Origin: a virus
Virus record (IMG/VR): IMGVR_UViG_3300044732_000643
Span: 6,726 to 70,725 of that record
Reading direction: 5' to 3' (one strand)
DNA length: 64,000 nucleotides
Shown here: positions 1-8,724 of the stretch, piece after piece
Numbering within the stretch: the first letter of the stretch is position 1
Layout of the letters: each line of letters starts with the position of its first letter
Program-made: the position numbers and the translations under genes
The notes under the pieces: generated by a model
Database searches by the model: none
The model's input: the letters and a program-made list of their open reading frames with translations, nothing else
What the model was told of the DNA's origin: nothing

Positions 1-1065
1 TCTTCTCCTAGCAGTAGTAATAAAGCTACAGTAGAGGAGAAACAAGAAGTAGAAGAAACTATTGCTGAACTTGATGTACTCATTTCACAAGAAGAGGATG
101 CTGGAAATAAAGGAAGACCAAAGATTGATAAATCAGGTCTTGCTGAACTAGCATCTAAAATGATTGAAGAAGGAACTCTAGTAGGTTTTGATGATGATAA
201 GCCCTTAGAGGAATACACAACAAAAGATTTTAGAGAACTTTTTGAAGCTAACTTCCAAGAGCGTGAGAATCAAATTAGAGAAAACACTCCAAGAGAATTC
301 TTTGCTGCACTTCCAGAAGAACTTCAGTATGCTGCAAAGTATGTAGCGGATGGTGGCCAAGATCTTAAAGGTCTGTTCAGAACTTTAGCTCATGTTGAGG
401 AAATGCGTCAACTAGATCCAACTGATCAATATGATCAAGAAGAGATTGCAAGACAATATCTACATGCTACAAGATTTGGTACACCTGAAGAGATTGAATC
501 TGAGATAGAAGATTGGAGAGATCTTGATAGACTTGAGCAGAAAGCTAATCAACTTAAGCCAAAGCTAGATAAAATGCAAGATGAAATCATTGCAAGACAA
601 CTAGCTGAGCAAGAAGTAAAGAAAGAGCAACAAGAAAAAGCAGCAAAAGCTTACACAGATAATGTGTATAACACACTTTCTACAGGTGAGATTGGTGGAG
701 TAAAGCTTGATAAGAAATTGCAAAGCATGCTTTACTCAGGATTGGTTCAACCAAACTACCCATCTATCTCTGGAAAACCTACAAACCTGCTTGGACACTT
801 GCTTGAGAAGTATCAGTTTGTAGAACCAAGACATGATCTTATTGCAGAAGCACTTTGGTTATTGGCTTCTCCTGAAACTTACAAAGCTAAGATTCAAGAG
901 CAAGGTGGTAAAGCAGCTACTGAGAAAACAGTAAGAGCACTTAAAACAGAACAACAAAGAAAGATCAGCTCTTCTGTACAACATGAAGAAGAAGATAAAC
1001 CAAGAACAGGTACAAAAAGTTCAAAGACACTTTCAAGAAGTAACAATATATTTAGACGCTTTTAA
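1..1065 (+). CDS. Acidic helical protein upstream of the major capsid gene, probable capsid scaffolding protein (5' truncated)
   Basis: Frame is open from base 1 (SSPSSSNKATVEEKQEVEETIAELD...) into the 160..1065 ORF; E/D/Q/K-rich and coiled-coil-like with a basic C-terminal tail (SNNIFRRF); lies immediately before the MCP. Confidence 0.6.
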   Translation, partial: SSPSSSNKATVEEKQEVEETIAELDVLISQEEDAGNKGRPKIDKSGLAELASKMIEEGTLVGFDDDKPLEEYTTKDFRELFEANFQERENQIRENTPREFFAALPEELQYAAKYVADGGQDLKGLFRTLAHVEEMRQLDPTDQYDQEEIARQYLHATRFGTPEEIESEIEDWRDLDRLEQKANQLKPKLDKMQDEIIARQLAEQEVKKEQQEKAAKAYTDNVYNTLSTGEIGGVKLDKKLQSMLYSGLVQPNYPSISGKPTNLLGHLLEKYQFVEPRHDLIAEALWLLASPETYKAKIQEQGGKAATEKTVRALKTEQQRKISSSVQHEEEDKPRTGTKSSKTLSRSNNIFRRF

Positions 1066-1093
1066 CTAGTAACAATTAACAAACAAATACAAA

Positions 1094-2710
1094 ATGGCAA
1101 CTCCAGTTTTAAACAATGGTATATTCCTGCGTGACACGGCATACAATGCATCGTCCCACGTAGATTCATACCACCTCACAAACATGTTGAAAGACGCAGA
1201 ACCTATGGATCTGGGTCCAGTAGACCTTTGGGCAATGGCTCAAAAAGTAGAAATGCCCCTTTATCAAATGTCATCATTTGGAGGGAAGAATGTAATCATG
1301 GTAGACAATGCTCGTGGAGAGTACAAATGGCAGACTCCGGTCTCTATTGACCTACCTTACGTTGTTGAAGATATTGAGCCACTCAATGACTTCAAAGGCG
1401 TAGATGGTAACACATTCAAAATTAAACTTAACAGACGTGAGTTTGGTCATGGTGATATCCTTACCTATGACAAGTACAACGGTGTTGAGATGTACGTAAC
1501 ACAGGATGACATCCTTCCTATTGGAGACGGATTCATCTATACCGTACAGTTGGTAAACAATGACAACTACAAGTATCTTGACAACAAGTATCTTGCTAGC
1601 GGTACTAAGATCTTCCGTAAAGGTTCTGCAAGAGGTGAGTATGGTGAAAGATTCTCTGACATCATTACTAACGCTGGATTCCGTGAATTCTACAACTACG
1701 TAGGAGGAGCTGAAGCTCACGTTCACTACTCTATTTCTTCACGTGCAGACTTGATGATCAAAGGTGGTATGAATGCAGATGGTACAGTTCCTGTAACTGA
1801 GATCTGGAGAACATTCAACAAGAACATTGATCCAGCAATCACGTCTTTGGAAGACATGGTTAAAGTTATGGGTAAAGATTCTGTAAAGAAAGCTTTTGAT
1901 AACGGAGACCTTTCAAGAACATTCTTGACAAACATGGAAGCAGCTCACCTTTCTAAAGTTGCATCTGACATTGAGACTTACTTGATGTGGGGACAAGGAG
2001 GTAGAGTACGCCAAGATGGTCCGGATGATGTTAGATTGTCTGTGGGTCTTTGGAAACAGTTGGATAACTCTTTCAAGAGAATCTACAACAAGAATAACTT
2101 TAACCTTGATTTGTTCCGTGGAGAAATCTACAACTTCTTCAATGGTAAGGTTGAGTTCCAAGGTCCAGATCCTAAGCGTTCCCTAGTAGTTCAAACTGGT
2201 ATGGGTGGTATGCGTATGGTGAATGATGCTATCCGTAGAGAAGCAATTGCATCTGGTCTTTTGATTCAGGCTGCTGATATCGGTGCAATCACTGGTAAAG
2301 GAATGGACTTGAACTTTGGATTTGCTTACACTTCTTATGTTATTCCATTCTTGGCTAACGTTAAGTTTGTGTTGAACCCAGCATTTGACAACGTTCATAC
2401 AAATGATATTGAGAACCCAATCATTGATGGTTTCCCATTGTCATCTTATTCATTCATTATCTTTGATATCACTGATAATACAAATGATAACATCTACCTA
2501 TTGAAGTTGTCTTGGGATAACCAATTGAAGTGGTGGTATCAAAATGGTACAATGGACTACATGGGCCGTACACAAGGGTTCCAGTCTTCTGGCCAATTCA
2601 ATGGTTACCGCGTAATGATGTCTCAAACAATGCCAGCTATCTGGGTTAAGGATCCAACTAAAGTCCTTAAGATTGTTATGAGAAATCCAATTACTGGTGG
2701 ATCATTCTAA
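1094..2710 (+). CDS. Major capsid protein, crAss-like phage type
   Basis: 538 aa; codon usage suggests high expression (many C-ending codons AAC/TTC/TAC/ATC); A/C-rich leader; followed by a hairpin; motifs (GSARGEYGERFS, GLWKQL, VQTGMGGM) and position between scaffold and ring genes fit crAss-like MCPs. Confidence 0.8.
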   Translation: MATPVLNNGIFLRDTAYNASSHVDSYHLTNMLKDAEPMDLGPVDLWAMAQKVEMPLYQMSSFGGKNVIMVDNARGEYKWQTPVSIDLPYVVEDIEPLNDFKGVDGNTFKIKLNRREFGHGDILTYDKYNGVEMYVTQDDILPIGDGFIYTVQLVNNDNYKYLDNKYLASGTKIFRKGSARGEYGERFSDIITNAGFREFYNYVGGAEAHVHYSISSRADLMIKGGMNADGTVPVTEIWRTFNKNIDPAITSLEDMVKVMGKDSVKKAFDNGDLSRTFLTNMEAAHLSKVASDIETYLMWGQGGRVRQDGPDDVRLSVGLWKQLDNSFKRIYNKNNFNLDLFRGEIYNFFNGKVEFQGPDPKRSLVVQTGMGGMRMVNDAIRREAIASGLLIQAADIGAITGKGMDLNFGFAYTSYVIPFLANVKFVLNPAFDNVHTNDIENPIIDGFPLSSYSFIIFDITDNTNDNIYLLKLSWDNQLKWWYQNGTMDYMGRTQGFQSSGQFNGYRVMMSQTMPAIWVKDPTKVLKIVMRNPITGGSF

Positions 2711-2727
2711 TATATAATCAGAAACAC

Positions 2728-2762
2728 AGAGGAGGGTGTAAAAGCCCTCCTCTCCCTGTTTT
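2728..2762 (+). terminator. Stem-loop after MCP (probable intrinsic terminator or RNA-stabilising hairpin)
   Basis: AGAGGAGGG(2728-2736)-TGTAAAAG-CCCTCCTCT(2745-2753) perfect 9-bp stem, then CCCTGTTTT. Confidence 0.7.
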
Positions 2763-2765
2763 AAC

Positions 2766-2800
2766 AAACCAACAATTTAAACCAACAAACCAACAACAAA
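2766..2800 (+). repeat. AAACCAAC x3 in the 5' leader of the 2801 gene
   Basis: AAACCAAC at 2766, 2779 and 2787; another copy at 12198 before the 12209 ATG. Confidence 0.7.
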
Positions 2801-3820
2801 ATGGAAAATTCAACATTCACAATGGTAGAAACAAGAGATACCAAAACTTCAAATATCTCTGTTAAACCTTATTTTGACAATTCAGTATCTAACATGGGTC
2901 TAGAACAATATGGTCTATCCCTATTTGACGGTGTAACACACACTGAGCAATTAGCATGTTTAGAAAAAAATGGAGTAATTCAGTATATCACAGGACTAAA
3001 TGAATTTGCACCAGAGATTAAATTGATTAAAGATCCACAAGAAAGAGAAGCAAAGATTAAAGAGATTAGAGTAATGGTAGCTGACTTAGAAAGAGACTTG
3101 GCAGCTAACGTACTTGAGATTGATGACCCACAGTTCTGGACTAAAGTAAAATTACTAAGACCGGACAATGCAGAGTTCTGGAATAAGATTTACTTATCAT
3201 GCGGTAATGATCCCGTATTCTTGGATAATAAGGACCCATTTGATAGAATTAAACTTCAGGCTATTGAAGCTGGAGGTTTCTCTCTTGTATCAAGAAGCTA
3301 TGATGAAGCAAGATCAAGAGCTATTCCACCAAAGTTTTATTTAGATAAAGCTCAAGAAACTGCAGGAGCTAGAACTGAATACAAGAAGCTGCGTAACAAA
3401 GCACTTGCTGAACTTCAGAAATTATTTGATAAGAACAGCACTAAGCTATTCTACATTGCTAAGGCCGTAGATACAGCTAGTGTACAATATAAAAAGTATA
3501 CTCCAAATGATGTTATCTATGACAATATGGATAGACATATCAACGGTGAAGGCTCAGAAGGTAATAAGGAAAGATCTGCTAAAGGCTTCCTAGATGCTGC
3601 CGCTTTAGATATGGAAACATTAAAAATTAAAGCAATTGTCAAAGATTCAATATTTTTTAAGTATATTATTAATAAGCCGGATGGTTATATCTATCATACT
3701 CAGTCAGGAGCAATGTTAGGTAGAAATACATCTGATGTTATTGAGTACTTGAGAAACCCTTTAAATGAAGATGTTCTTAAGGATCTCAATATGAAGATTG
3801 AAAAACTTTGGAATTCTTAA
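2801..3820 (+). CDS. Conserved head-module protein downstream of MCP, function unknown
   Basis: 339-aa globular/helical ORF with its own A-rich leader; position matches the conserved gene after the MCP in crAss-like phages. Confidence 0.55.
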   Translation: MENSTFTMVETRDTKTSNISVKPYFDNSVSNMGLEQYGLSLFDGVTHTEQLACLEKNGVIQYITGLNEFAPEIKLIKDPQEREAKIKEIRVMVADLERDLAANVLEIDDPQFWTKVKLLRPDNAEFWNKIYLSCGNDPVFLDNKDPFDRIKLQAIEAGGFSLVSRSYDEARSRAIPPKFYLDKAQETAGARTEYKKLRNKALAELQKLFDKNSTKLFYIAKAVDTASVQYKKYTPNDVIYDNMDRHINGEGSEGNKERSAKGFLDAAALDMETLKIKAIVKDSIFFKYIINKPDGYIYHTQSGAMLGRNTSDVIEYLRNPLNEDVLKDLNMKIEKLWNS

Positions 3821-3847
3821 TTTATAAATAATTTAATAAATAGTACC

Positions 3848-4846
3848 ATGCCTAATAATCCAAGAAAAGAAGCCCGTGTTGCAAAACGTGAGGCCCGTCA
3901 AGATGAAAAAAGAACTGTCAATCAGAAAAAAAAATATGACAGTTTTGTTAAACAAGGAGATAAGGAAAAAATGAAACTTGAGAAAAAGTATTCACCTACT
4001 CAAATTAGACAAATCATAGATGAGACTCCTGCGGGAATGAGAACTCCTTGGATGAATAGTTATAAGGCACCTGCTACAATGAAAAAAGGAGGAGTTGCTA
4101 AATATCAAACGGGTGGTACTGCTAAAGCTGGTTTAGGTTCACCAAAAGCTAAAATTGCAGCTGCATCAAAAGCAATGAAGGGTATGAAGCCCGCTGCATC
4201 TAAAGTTGGTAAAACAGGTGCCGGTGCTGCTAAGTATAAAATGGGTGGTGCTAAGAAGTATCAAACCGGAGGAGGAACAGATCCGTATGCTTATAAAAAG
4301 AAAATGACTGATACTGCAAAGTATTGGGGTTCACAACCAAATGGTGAGTTTGATGACTTAGCCTATACTAGAGATAACCTCTCTGATATGGAAAACACAA
4401 ATGCGATGGACAGATCTTTTTATGACAGTTTAGGTCCTGTTGCACCAGGAAGAGCTAGAGCAGAATATGCACCTAGTTTTTCTCCAAGTAGAATAGCGTA
4501 TACTAAAAGTAAATTAGCAGATTTAGAAACACCAAAACAAAAAAGAGGAGGTGCTGCTAAAGCTACTTACAAAACAGGTGGTATGGTAAATCCTAATGCT
4601 AAAGTTTCTGCACTTAAGAAAGCTGGATCTAAAGGAGTTAAGTCTGGAGTTAATCCTAAAGCAACTGCTGCTAAGCGTGCAACGGGTAGAGTAGGTGGTA
4701 CATCTACGGCTCCTAAGAAGGCAATGCCAAAAGCTCAAATGGGCGGTAGTAAAACACCATACATGAAGCCAACACCAATTGATTCTACCCTTACTAAAAA
4801 GGATGTGAAAAAAGTATTTAAGACTATTAAGAAAAGAAAAAACTAA
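3848..4846 (+). CDS. Basic Lys/Ala/Gly-rich protein with repeated xxGG motifs (putative DNA-condensing core protein)
   Basis: 332 aa; MKKGG, KYQTGG x2, KYKMGG, KQKRGG, TYKTGG, KAQMGG; low-complexity and basic. Confidence 0.7.
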   Translation: MPNNPRKEARVAKREARQDEKRTVNQKKKYDSFVKQGDKEKMKLEKKYSPTQIRQIIDETPAGMRTPWMNSYKAPATMKKGGVAKYQTGGTAKAGLGSPKAKIAAASKAMKGMKPAASKVGKTGAGAAKYKMGGAKKYQTGGGTDPYAYKKKMTDTAKYWGSQPNGEFDDLAYTRDNLSDMENTNAMDRSFYDSLGPVAPGRARAEYAPSFSPSRIAYTKSKLADLETPKQKRGGAAKATYKTGGMVNPNAKVSALKKAGSKGVKSGVNPKATAAKRATGRVGGTSTAPKKAMPKAQMGGSKTPYMKPTPIDSTLTKKDVKKVFKTIKKRKN

Positions 4847-4851
4847 ATAAG

Positions 4852-5040
4852 ATGGAAAACTATACAACAGGGAAACTTAAGAACCCAAATGCAAGTGTAC
4901 AAGTACAAACAGTTCCGGGAAGCAAAGGGACCTTTGTTGGTCTTAATCCAGCAGCTACTGTTCAGACAGTTGCTAAAGGTAGAGTAGGAGGAACTAGTGT
5001 TGCTCCAAAAAATGCTGAGCCATCTAAAGAATTGAGATAA
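4852..5040 (+). CDS. Small protein, stand-alone paralogue of a module in the upstream ORF
   Basis: 62 aa; NPNA...GSKG...G[VL]NP.A.....GRVGGTS.APK.A matches the segment encoded at ~4585-4725. Confidence 0.7.
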   Translation: MENYTTGKLKNPNASVQVQTVPGSKGTFVGLNPAATVQTVAKGRVGGTSVAPKNAEPSKELR

Positions 5041-5192
5041 TGGCTAAGCAAATGCTTAAAAGAAAAGACGGTAGTTATTCCCAGAGAGGTCTCTGGGATA
5101 ACATCCGTGCTGCTAAAGGTTCTGGAAAGAAACCTACTCAAGCAATGATTAAGCAAGAGAAAAAGATTAGAGCTACTACTAAAAAGAAATAG
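5040..5192 (+). CDS. Small basic protein (50 aa, not in ORF track)
   Basis: ATG overlaps the upstream stop (TAATG); MAKQMLKRKDGSYSQRGLWDNIRAAKGSGKKPTQAMIKQEKKIRATTKKK*. Confidence 0.75.
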   Translation: MAKQMLKRKDGSYSQRGLWDNIRAAKGSGKKPTQAMIKQEKKIRATTKKK

Positions 5193-5194
5193 TC

Positions 5195-5347
5195 ATGGCA
5201 ACAGCTAAGAAGAAAGATAAGAACTGGATTCAGAAAGCAGTTAATCCTGCTCACAAAGGCTATTGTACTCCAATGACAAAACCGACTTGTACACCAAAGC
5301 GTAAAGCTTTGGCTAAGACATTTAAAGCAATGGCTAAAAAAAGATAA
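5195..5347 (+). CDS. Small basic protein (50 aa, not in ORF track)
   Basis: MATAKKKDKNWIQKAVNPAHKGYCTPMTKPTCTPKRKALAKTFKAMAKKR*; fills the gap between neighbours (2 nt and 1 nt spacing). Confidence 0.75.
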   Translation: MATAKKKDKNWIQKAVNPAHKGYCTPMTKPTCTPKRKALAKTFKAMAKKR

Positions 5348-5348
5348 G

Positions 5349-5855
5349 ATGAAAACACAAAAATTAAAAAAGGCGGGTCTTGGCACTATTGTTAAATCAC
5401 TTCGTGGTGCTGTAAAAGGAGCTAAGCAAGGATACAAAACAGCAAAGACACTAAGTAAGGCTAATCCTCAAGGATATAGTAATAGAGTATTTGATAATGA
5501 GTTTGCTAAAAACGTTTCTGAAAGTGTTAAGAAATCCAGTACGGTACAGAAGAAGGATGCTGTTAAAAATATCAAAAAAGGATATGGTGACAAGGGTCGG
5601 TATGAGAGACTGGACGATATGAAGAGAAGTGAGTTCTATAGAGATAGACGTAATGCTGGTAAATCAATGCCTGGTAGTAGTAGTGATGCTGCTAAAACTA
5701 AACTTAAAGCAATGGGTCTTGGTCTAGGTGTTCTTGGTACAGGTATGTTAGCTGAAGCTGCCTTTGGTTCAAAAAAGAAAAAGCCTACCACTAAAAAAAC
5801 CACTGCTAAAAAACCTACAGCTGTTAAAAAACCTACAGCTATTAAAAAGAAATAA
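5349..5855 (+). CDS. Basic protein with Gly-rich hydrophobic segment and KKPTA tail
   Basis: 168 aa; N-terminal LKKAGLGTIVK; AMGLGLGVLGTGMLAEAAF; histone-H1-like KKPT repeats. Confidence 0.7.
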   Translation: MKTQKLKKAGLGTIVKSLRGAVKGAKQGYKTAKTLSKANPQGYSNRVFDNEFAKNVSESVKKSSTVQKKDAVKNIKKGYGDKGRYERLDDMKRSEFYRDRRNAGKSMPGSSSDAAKTKLKAMGLGLGVLGTGMLAEAAFGSKKKKPTTKKTTAKKPTAVKKPTAIKKK

Positions 5856-5857
5856 TT

Positions 5858-6139
5858 ATGAAAGCGCAAAAGAAAACAAATCCTCTTACACATTTTAATA
5901 ATGTTAAAGAAGCTCAATTAAAGAAAGCTAGCAAAGGAGCTATTATAGGTAATATGAATTCACTACCTGAAGCGCAACGCGGAGGATGTAATTTTAGCCG
6001 TGCCCAGAAAAAGAATAAAAGAGCTAGAGCTTGGAGTAACTTTAAAGAAAAAGGAGCTGGTGTAGTAGGTGGTATTCTTGGAGCAGGAGCTGCGGGAGCA
6101 GGTGGTTACTTTGCTGTTAAAAAACTTAAGAAACAATAA
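5858..6139 (+). CDS. Small basic protein with C-terminal Gly/Ala-rich hydrophobic segment
   Basis: 93 aa; LKKASKGAII, EAQRGG, GAGVVGGILGAGAAGAGGYFAVKKLKKQ. Confidence 0.7.
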   Translation: MKAQKKTNPLTHFNNVKEAQLKKASKGAIIGNMNSLPEAQRGGCNFSRAQKKNKRARAWSNFKEKGAGVVGGILGAGAAGAGGYFAVKKLKKQ

Positions 6140-6141
6140 CA

Positions 6142-6702
6142 ATGCCTGTAGGTAAACTCAAAAGAAACAGAGAAGTTACCAAGTCAAGTGGCGGTAAACA
6201 CATTGAGATTAGTAAATATAATCCAATGACTGGGACTGGCGTTTTTAAAGAGAAGGATGTTGAGTACAAAACTAAGGGTAGTCCTAGAGTTAAGTATGTA
6301 GAGAAGCAAGTAGTAAAGAGAGATAATGATCTCAACTGGAAATCATCTAAGGAATCAAGAAAGTTGGTGATAGGTGGTAAGAAAGTAAAGTCTACTTCTG
6401 ACTTTCAAAAATACAAAACCGGAGGAAGCACCGCAGCTTGGACACGCAAAGAAGGTAAGAATCCTACAGGAGGTCTTAACGCTAAAGGTGTAGCAAGCTA
6501 TAGAGCAGCTAATCCTGGTAGTAAACTTAAGACAGCTGTAACTACTAAACCTTCAAAGATTAAACCTGGAAGCGCAGCAGCAGGTAGACGCAAGTCTTTC
6601 TGTAGTAGAATGTCAGGAATGAAGAAAAAACTAACAAGTGCAAAGACAGCAAATGATCCTAACTCAAGAATCAATAAGTCTTTGAGAAAGTGGAATTGTT
6701 AA
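6142..6702 (+). CDS. Basic protein with C-terminal DUF6321-like phage domain
   Basis: AWTRKEGKNPTGGLNAKG...RRKSFCSRMSGM...DPNSRINKSLRKWNC is a widespread aquatic-phage basic domain (recognised from memory); it begins right after KYKTGG. Confidence 0.7.
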   Translation: MPVGKLKRNREVTKSSGGKHIEISKYNPMTGTGVFKEKDVEYKTKGSPRVKYVEKQVVKRDNDLNWKSSKESRKLVIGGKKVKSTSDFQKYKTGGSTAAWTRKEGKNPTGGLNAKGVASYRAANPGSKLKTAVTTKPSKIKPGSAAAGRRKSFCSRMSGMKKKLTSAKTANDPNSRINKSLRKWNC

Positions 6703-6712
6703 AATATATATA

Positions 6713-7270
6713 ATGGGAGATTTTACAGCAGAAAGAAAAAGTAATGAGCAAATCATTTCTGAAAGAAAAACTGCACGCGGAAAAAAGATTTATAATAAGG
6801 TTTTTGAGGGAGGTAAAAAACCTGCTGCTAAAAAGACTACTAATAAACCTGCTGCTAAGAAACCGACTTATAGTCATAAGTATTGGGATGTCAAAAGATC
6901 AGAAGGTGAAACAGACTTGCATAATAGAACATACTTTGCTAATAAAAAAGGAGTTGTAAGAAGTACAAGCCACGGTTTAGTACATACTAGAAATGTTGGT
7001 GGAGATAGAGTTGTTTCCTTACCAAGTAAGTATACTTCTATTGATACTACTGGTTACTCAAAAGGTAAAAAAGAATTTACCATAAAGCAGAAAAAAACAG
7101 ATCCTTCAGATGGAGTAGGAGATAGAGGAAGAGGCATGAGAAGCTATACATCTTGGACTATACCTAGAAGCAAAGTTAAATCAACTTTGGCAACTATGAA
7201 AAAAGGTACAGGTATGAAACAAAAAGAAGCTGCTCAAAAAAAGAAAAAAACAACTAGTAAAAAGAAATAA
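6713..7270 (+). CDS. Basic hypothetical protein
   Basis: 185 aa, K/T-rich, KPAAKK repeats, poly-K C-terminus. Confidence 0.65.
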   Translation: MGDFTAERKSNEQIISERKTARGKKIYNKVFEGGKKPAAKKTTNKPAAKKPTYSHKYWDVKRSEGETDLHNRTYFANKKGVVRSTSHGLVHTRNVGGDRVVSLPSKYTSIDTTGYSKGKKEFTIKQKKTDPSDGVGDRGRGMRSYTSWTIPRSKVKSTLATMKKGTGMKQKEAAQKKKKTTSKKK

Positions 7271-7272
7271 TC

Positions 7273-7977
7273 ATGGCAAAGATGGCATGCGCTCAATGTG
7301 GTGGCGCAAAAAGAATGAAAGCTGGTGGTACCTCTACTGAAGATCCTGTTTCTAAAAAAACAATTAGACAGGGTATGAGAGCTGAAAGAAAAATGGACCG
7401 CCAGGATAAAAGGTGGGACAGAAAATATGAAAAACAAAAAGCTGAAGAACTTATGAAATCTAAAAGATTCAAAGAAGGTGGTATGACCGGAATTATTGGT
7501 ATGCCTAAATATGGTAATAATCCAAGAACACAAGAAGGACGCATGCTTAAGAAAGGCGGATCACTTCCTGCTAATACAACTGGTGTAAAAAAGACATATG
7601 CTAAAGGTGGAGTAACTGGATCATTTGCTCCTAACCGTGCGGTAATGGCATCATGTAAAAATGGTAGTGTAAGAGATGCTAGTGGTAGATGTGTTATGGA
7701 ACGTAAGATGGCACTTGGTGGTGTTGCTAAAAAACAAAATGGTGGTCCTAAAATGGTTAGTTGGATGAAAGATGGATTAAGTAAATCAACTGGTAAAAGA
7801 AGAATCATTGATAGTAAAGTACCAATGACAGGTCCTGATGCACCAATGGGAAAGACACCAATGGCGCGAAAAGGTGGTGCAACTAAAGCTACAAAGTTTG
7901 CTGCACTAGCTCCACCATATGACAAAGCTACAGCTGCTGATAGAATTGCAGGAGCTAAGAAGAACAAGAAAAAATAA
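7273..7977 (+). CDS. Basic K/G/M-rich protein with repeated xxGG motifs
   Basis: 234 aa; CAQCGG, MKAGG, FKEGG, LKKGG, YAKGG, MALGG, KQNGG, ARKGG. Confidence 0.7.
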   Translation: MAKMACAQCGGAKRMKAGGTSTEDPVSKKTIRQGMRAERKMDRQDKRWDRKYEKQKAEELMKSKRFKEGGMTGIIGMPKYGNNPRTQEGRMLKKGGSLPANTTGVKKTYAKGGVTGSFAPNRAVMASCKNGSVRDASGRCVMERKMALGGVAKKQNGGPKMVSWMKDGLSKSTGKRRIIDSKVPMTGPDAPMGKTPMARKGGATKATKFAALAPPYDKATAADRIAGAKKNKKK

Positions 7978-7984
7978 TTGAGTC

Positions 7985-8719
7985 ATGAAAAGTTCATTAC
8001 CTAAAGCCAACAAAGGAAAGATAGTAAAGACAGTTGCATCAACTGTTAAAGCTGCTACCGCTGCTAAGCCTGTAGTAAGAGGTGTTAAAGCTGCAACCAC
8101 AACTGCTAAAGTAGCAACTGCTGTTAAGAAAACTAGTCCTGCAAAAATGGCTACAACAGCTATTGCGAAAACTAAAAAAGCAACAACTGTAAAAAAAGCT
8201 CCTGCAGCCAAAGTAGCAAAACCTACGGAAATTCCAAAAGCTACAACCGCTCCTAAGACAACTACGGCTGCTAAACCTAAAACTACCGCACCTAAAGTCA
8301 CAGCACCTAAATCTACAACAGCAAAGCCAAAAACTTCTAAACGTGTAAATATTCCTAATTTTACAGATGATGAGTTCCGTTTAGCATTTGAAAGAATGGA
8401 ACGCACACGTTTAAAAGAAAAGTTAAAAGCTGAGGATGCTAAAGCTGCAGCTGGAAAACCTGCAACACCTAAGAAAAAAACTACTACGGCTAAACCTGCA
8501 TCTACAACAACTACTAAGAAAAAGACTACGGCTAAAAAGAAACCTGCAGAAAAGAAGTCAAAAGAAAAACCAATGACTAGAGAAGAGATCAAAGACAACG
8601 CTGCAAAGTGGAAAAAAAGACTTGGTCTTAGTGTAGGGATTGCCGGTGGTCTTGGACTTTGGGCAGCATCTAAAAGTAAAGCAAAGAAAAAAGAAGGATG
8701 GAATCCACCTTATAAATAA
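7985..8719 (+). CDS. Histone H1-like K/A/T/P-rich protein with C-terminal hydrophobic segment
   Basis: 244 aa; LPKANKGKIVK start, AKPKTT/APK repeats, LGLSVGIAGGLGLWAA followed by poly-K. Confidence 0.7.
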   Translation: MKSSLPKANKGKIVKTVASTVKAATAAKPVVRGVKAATTTAKVATAVKKTSPAKMATTAIAKTKKATTVKKAPAAKVAKPTEIPKATTAPKTTTAAKPKTTAPKVTAPKSTTAKPKTSKRVNIPNFTDDEFRLAFERMERTRLKEKLKAEDAKAAAGKPATPKKKTTTAKPASTTTTKKKTTAKKKPAEKKSKEKPMTREEIKDNAAKWKKRLGLSVGIAGGLGLWAASKSKAKKKEGWNPPYK

Positions 8720-8724
8720 TTGAG

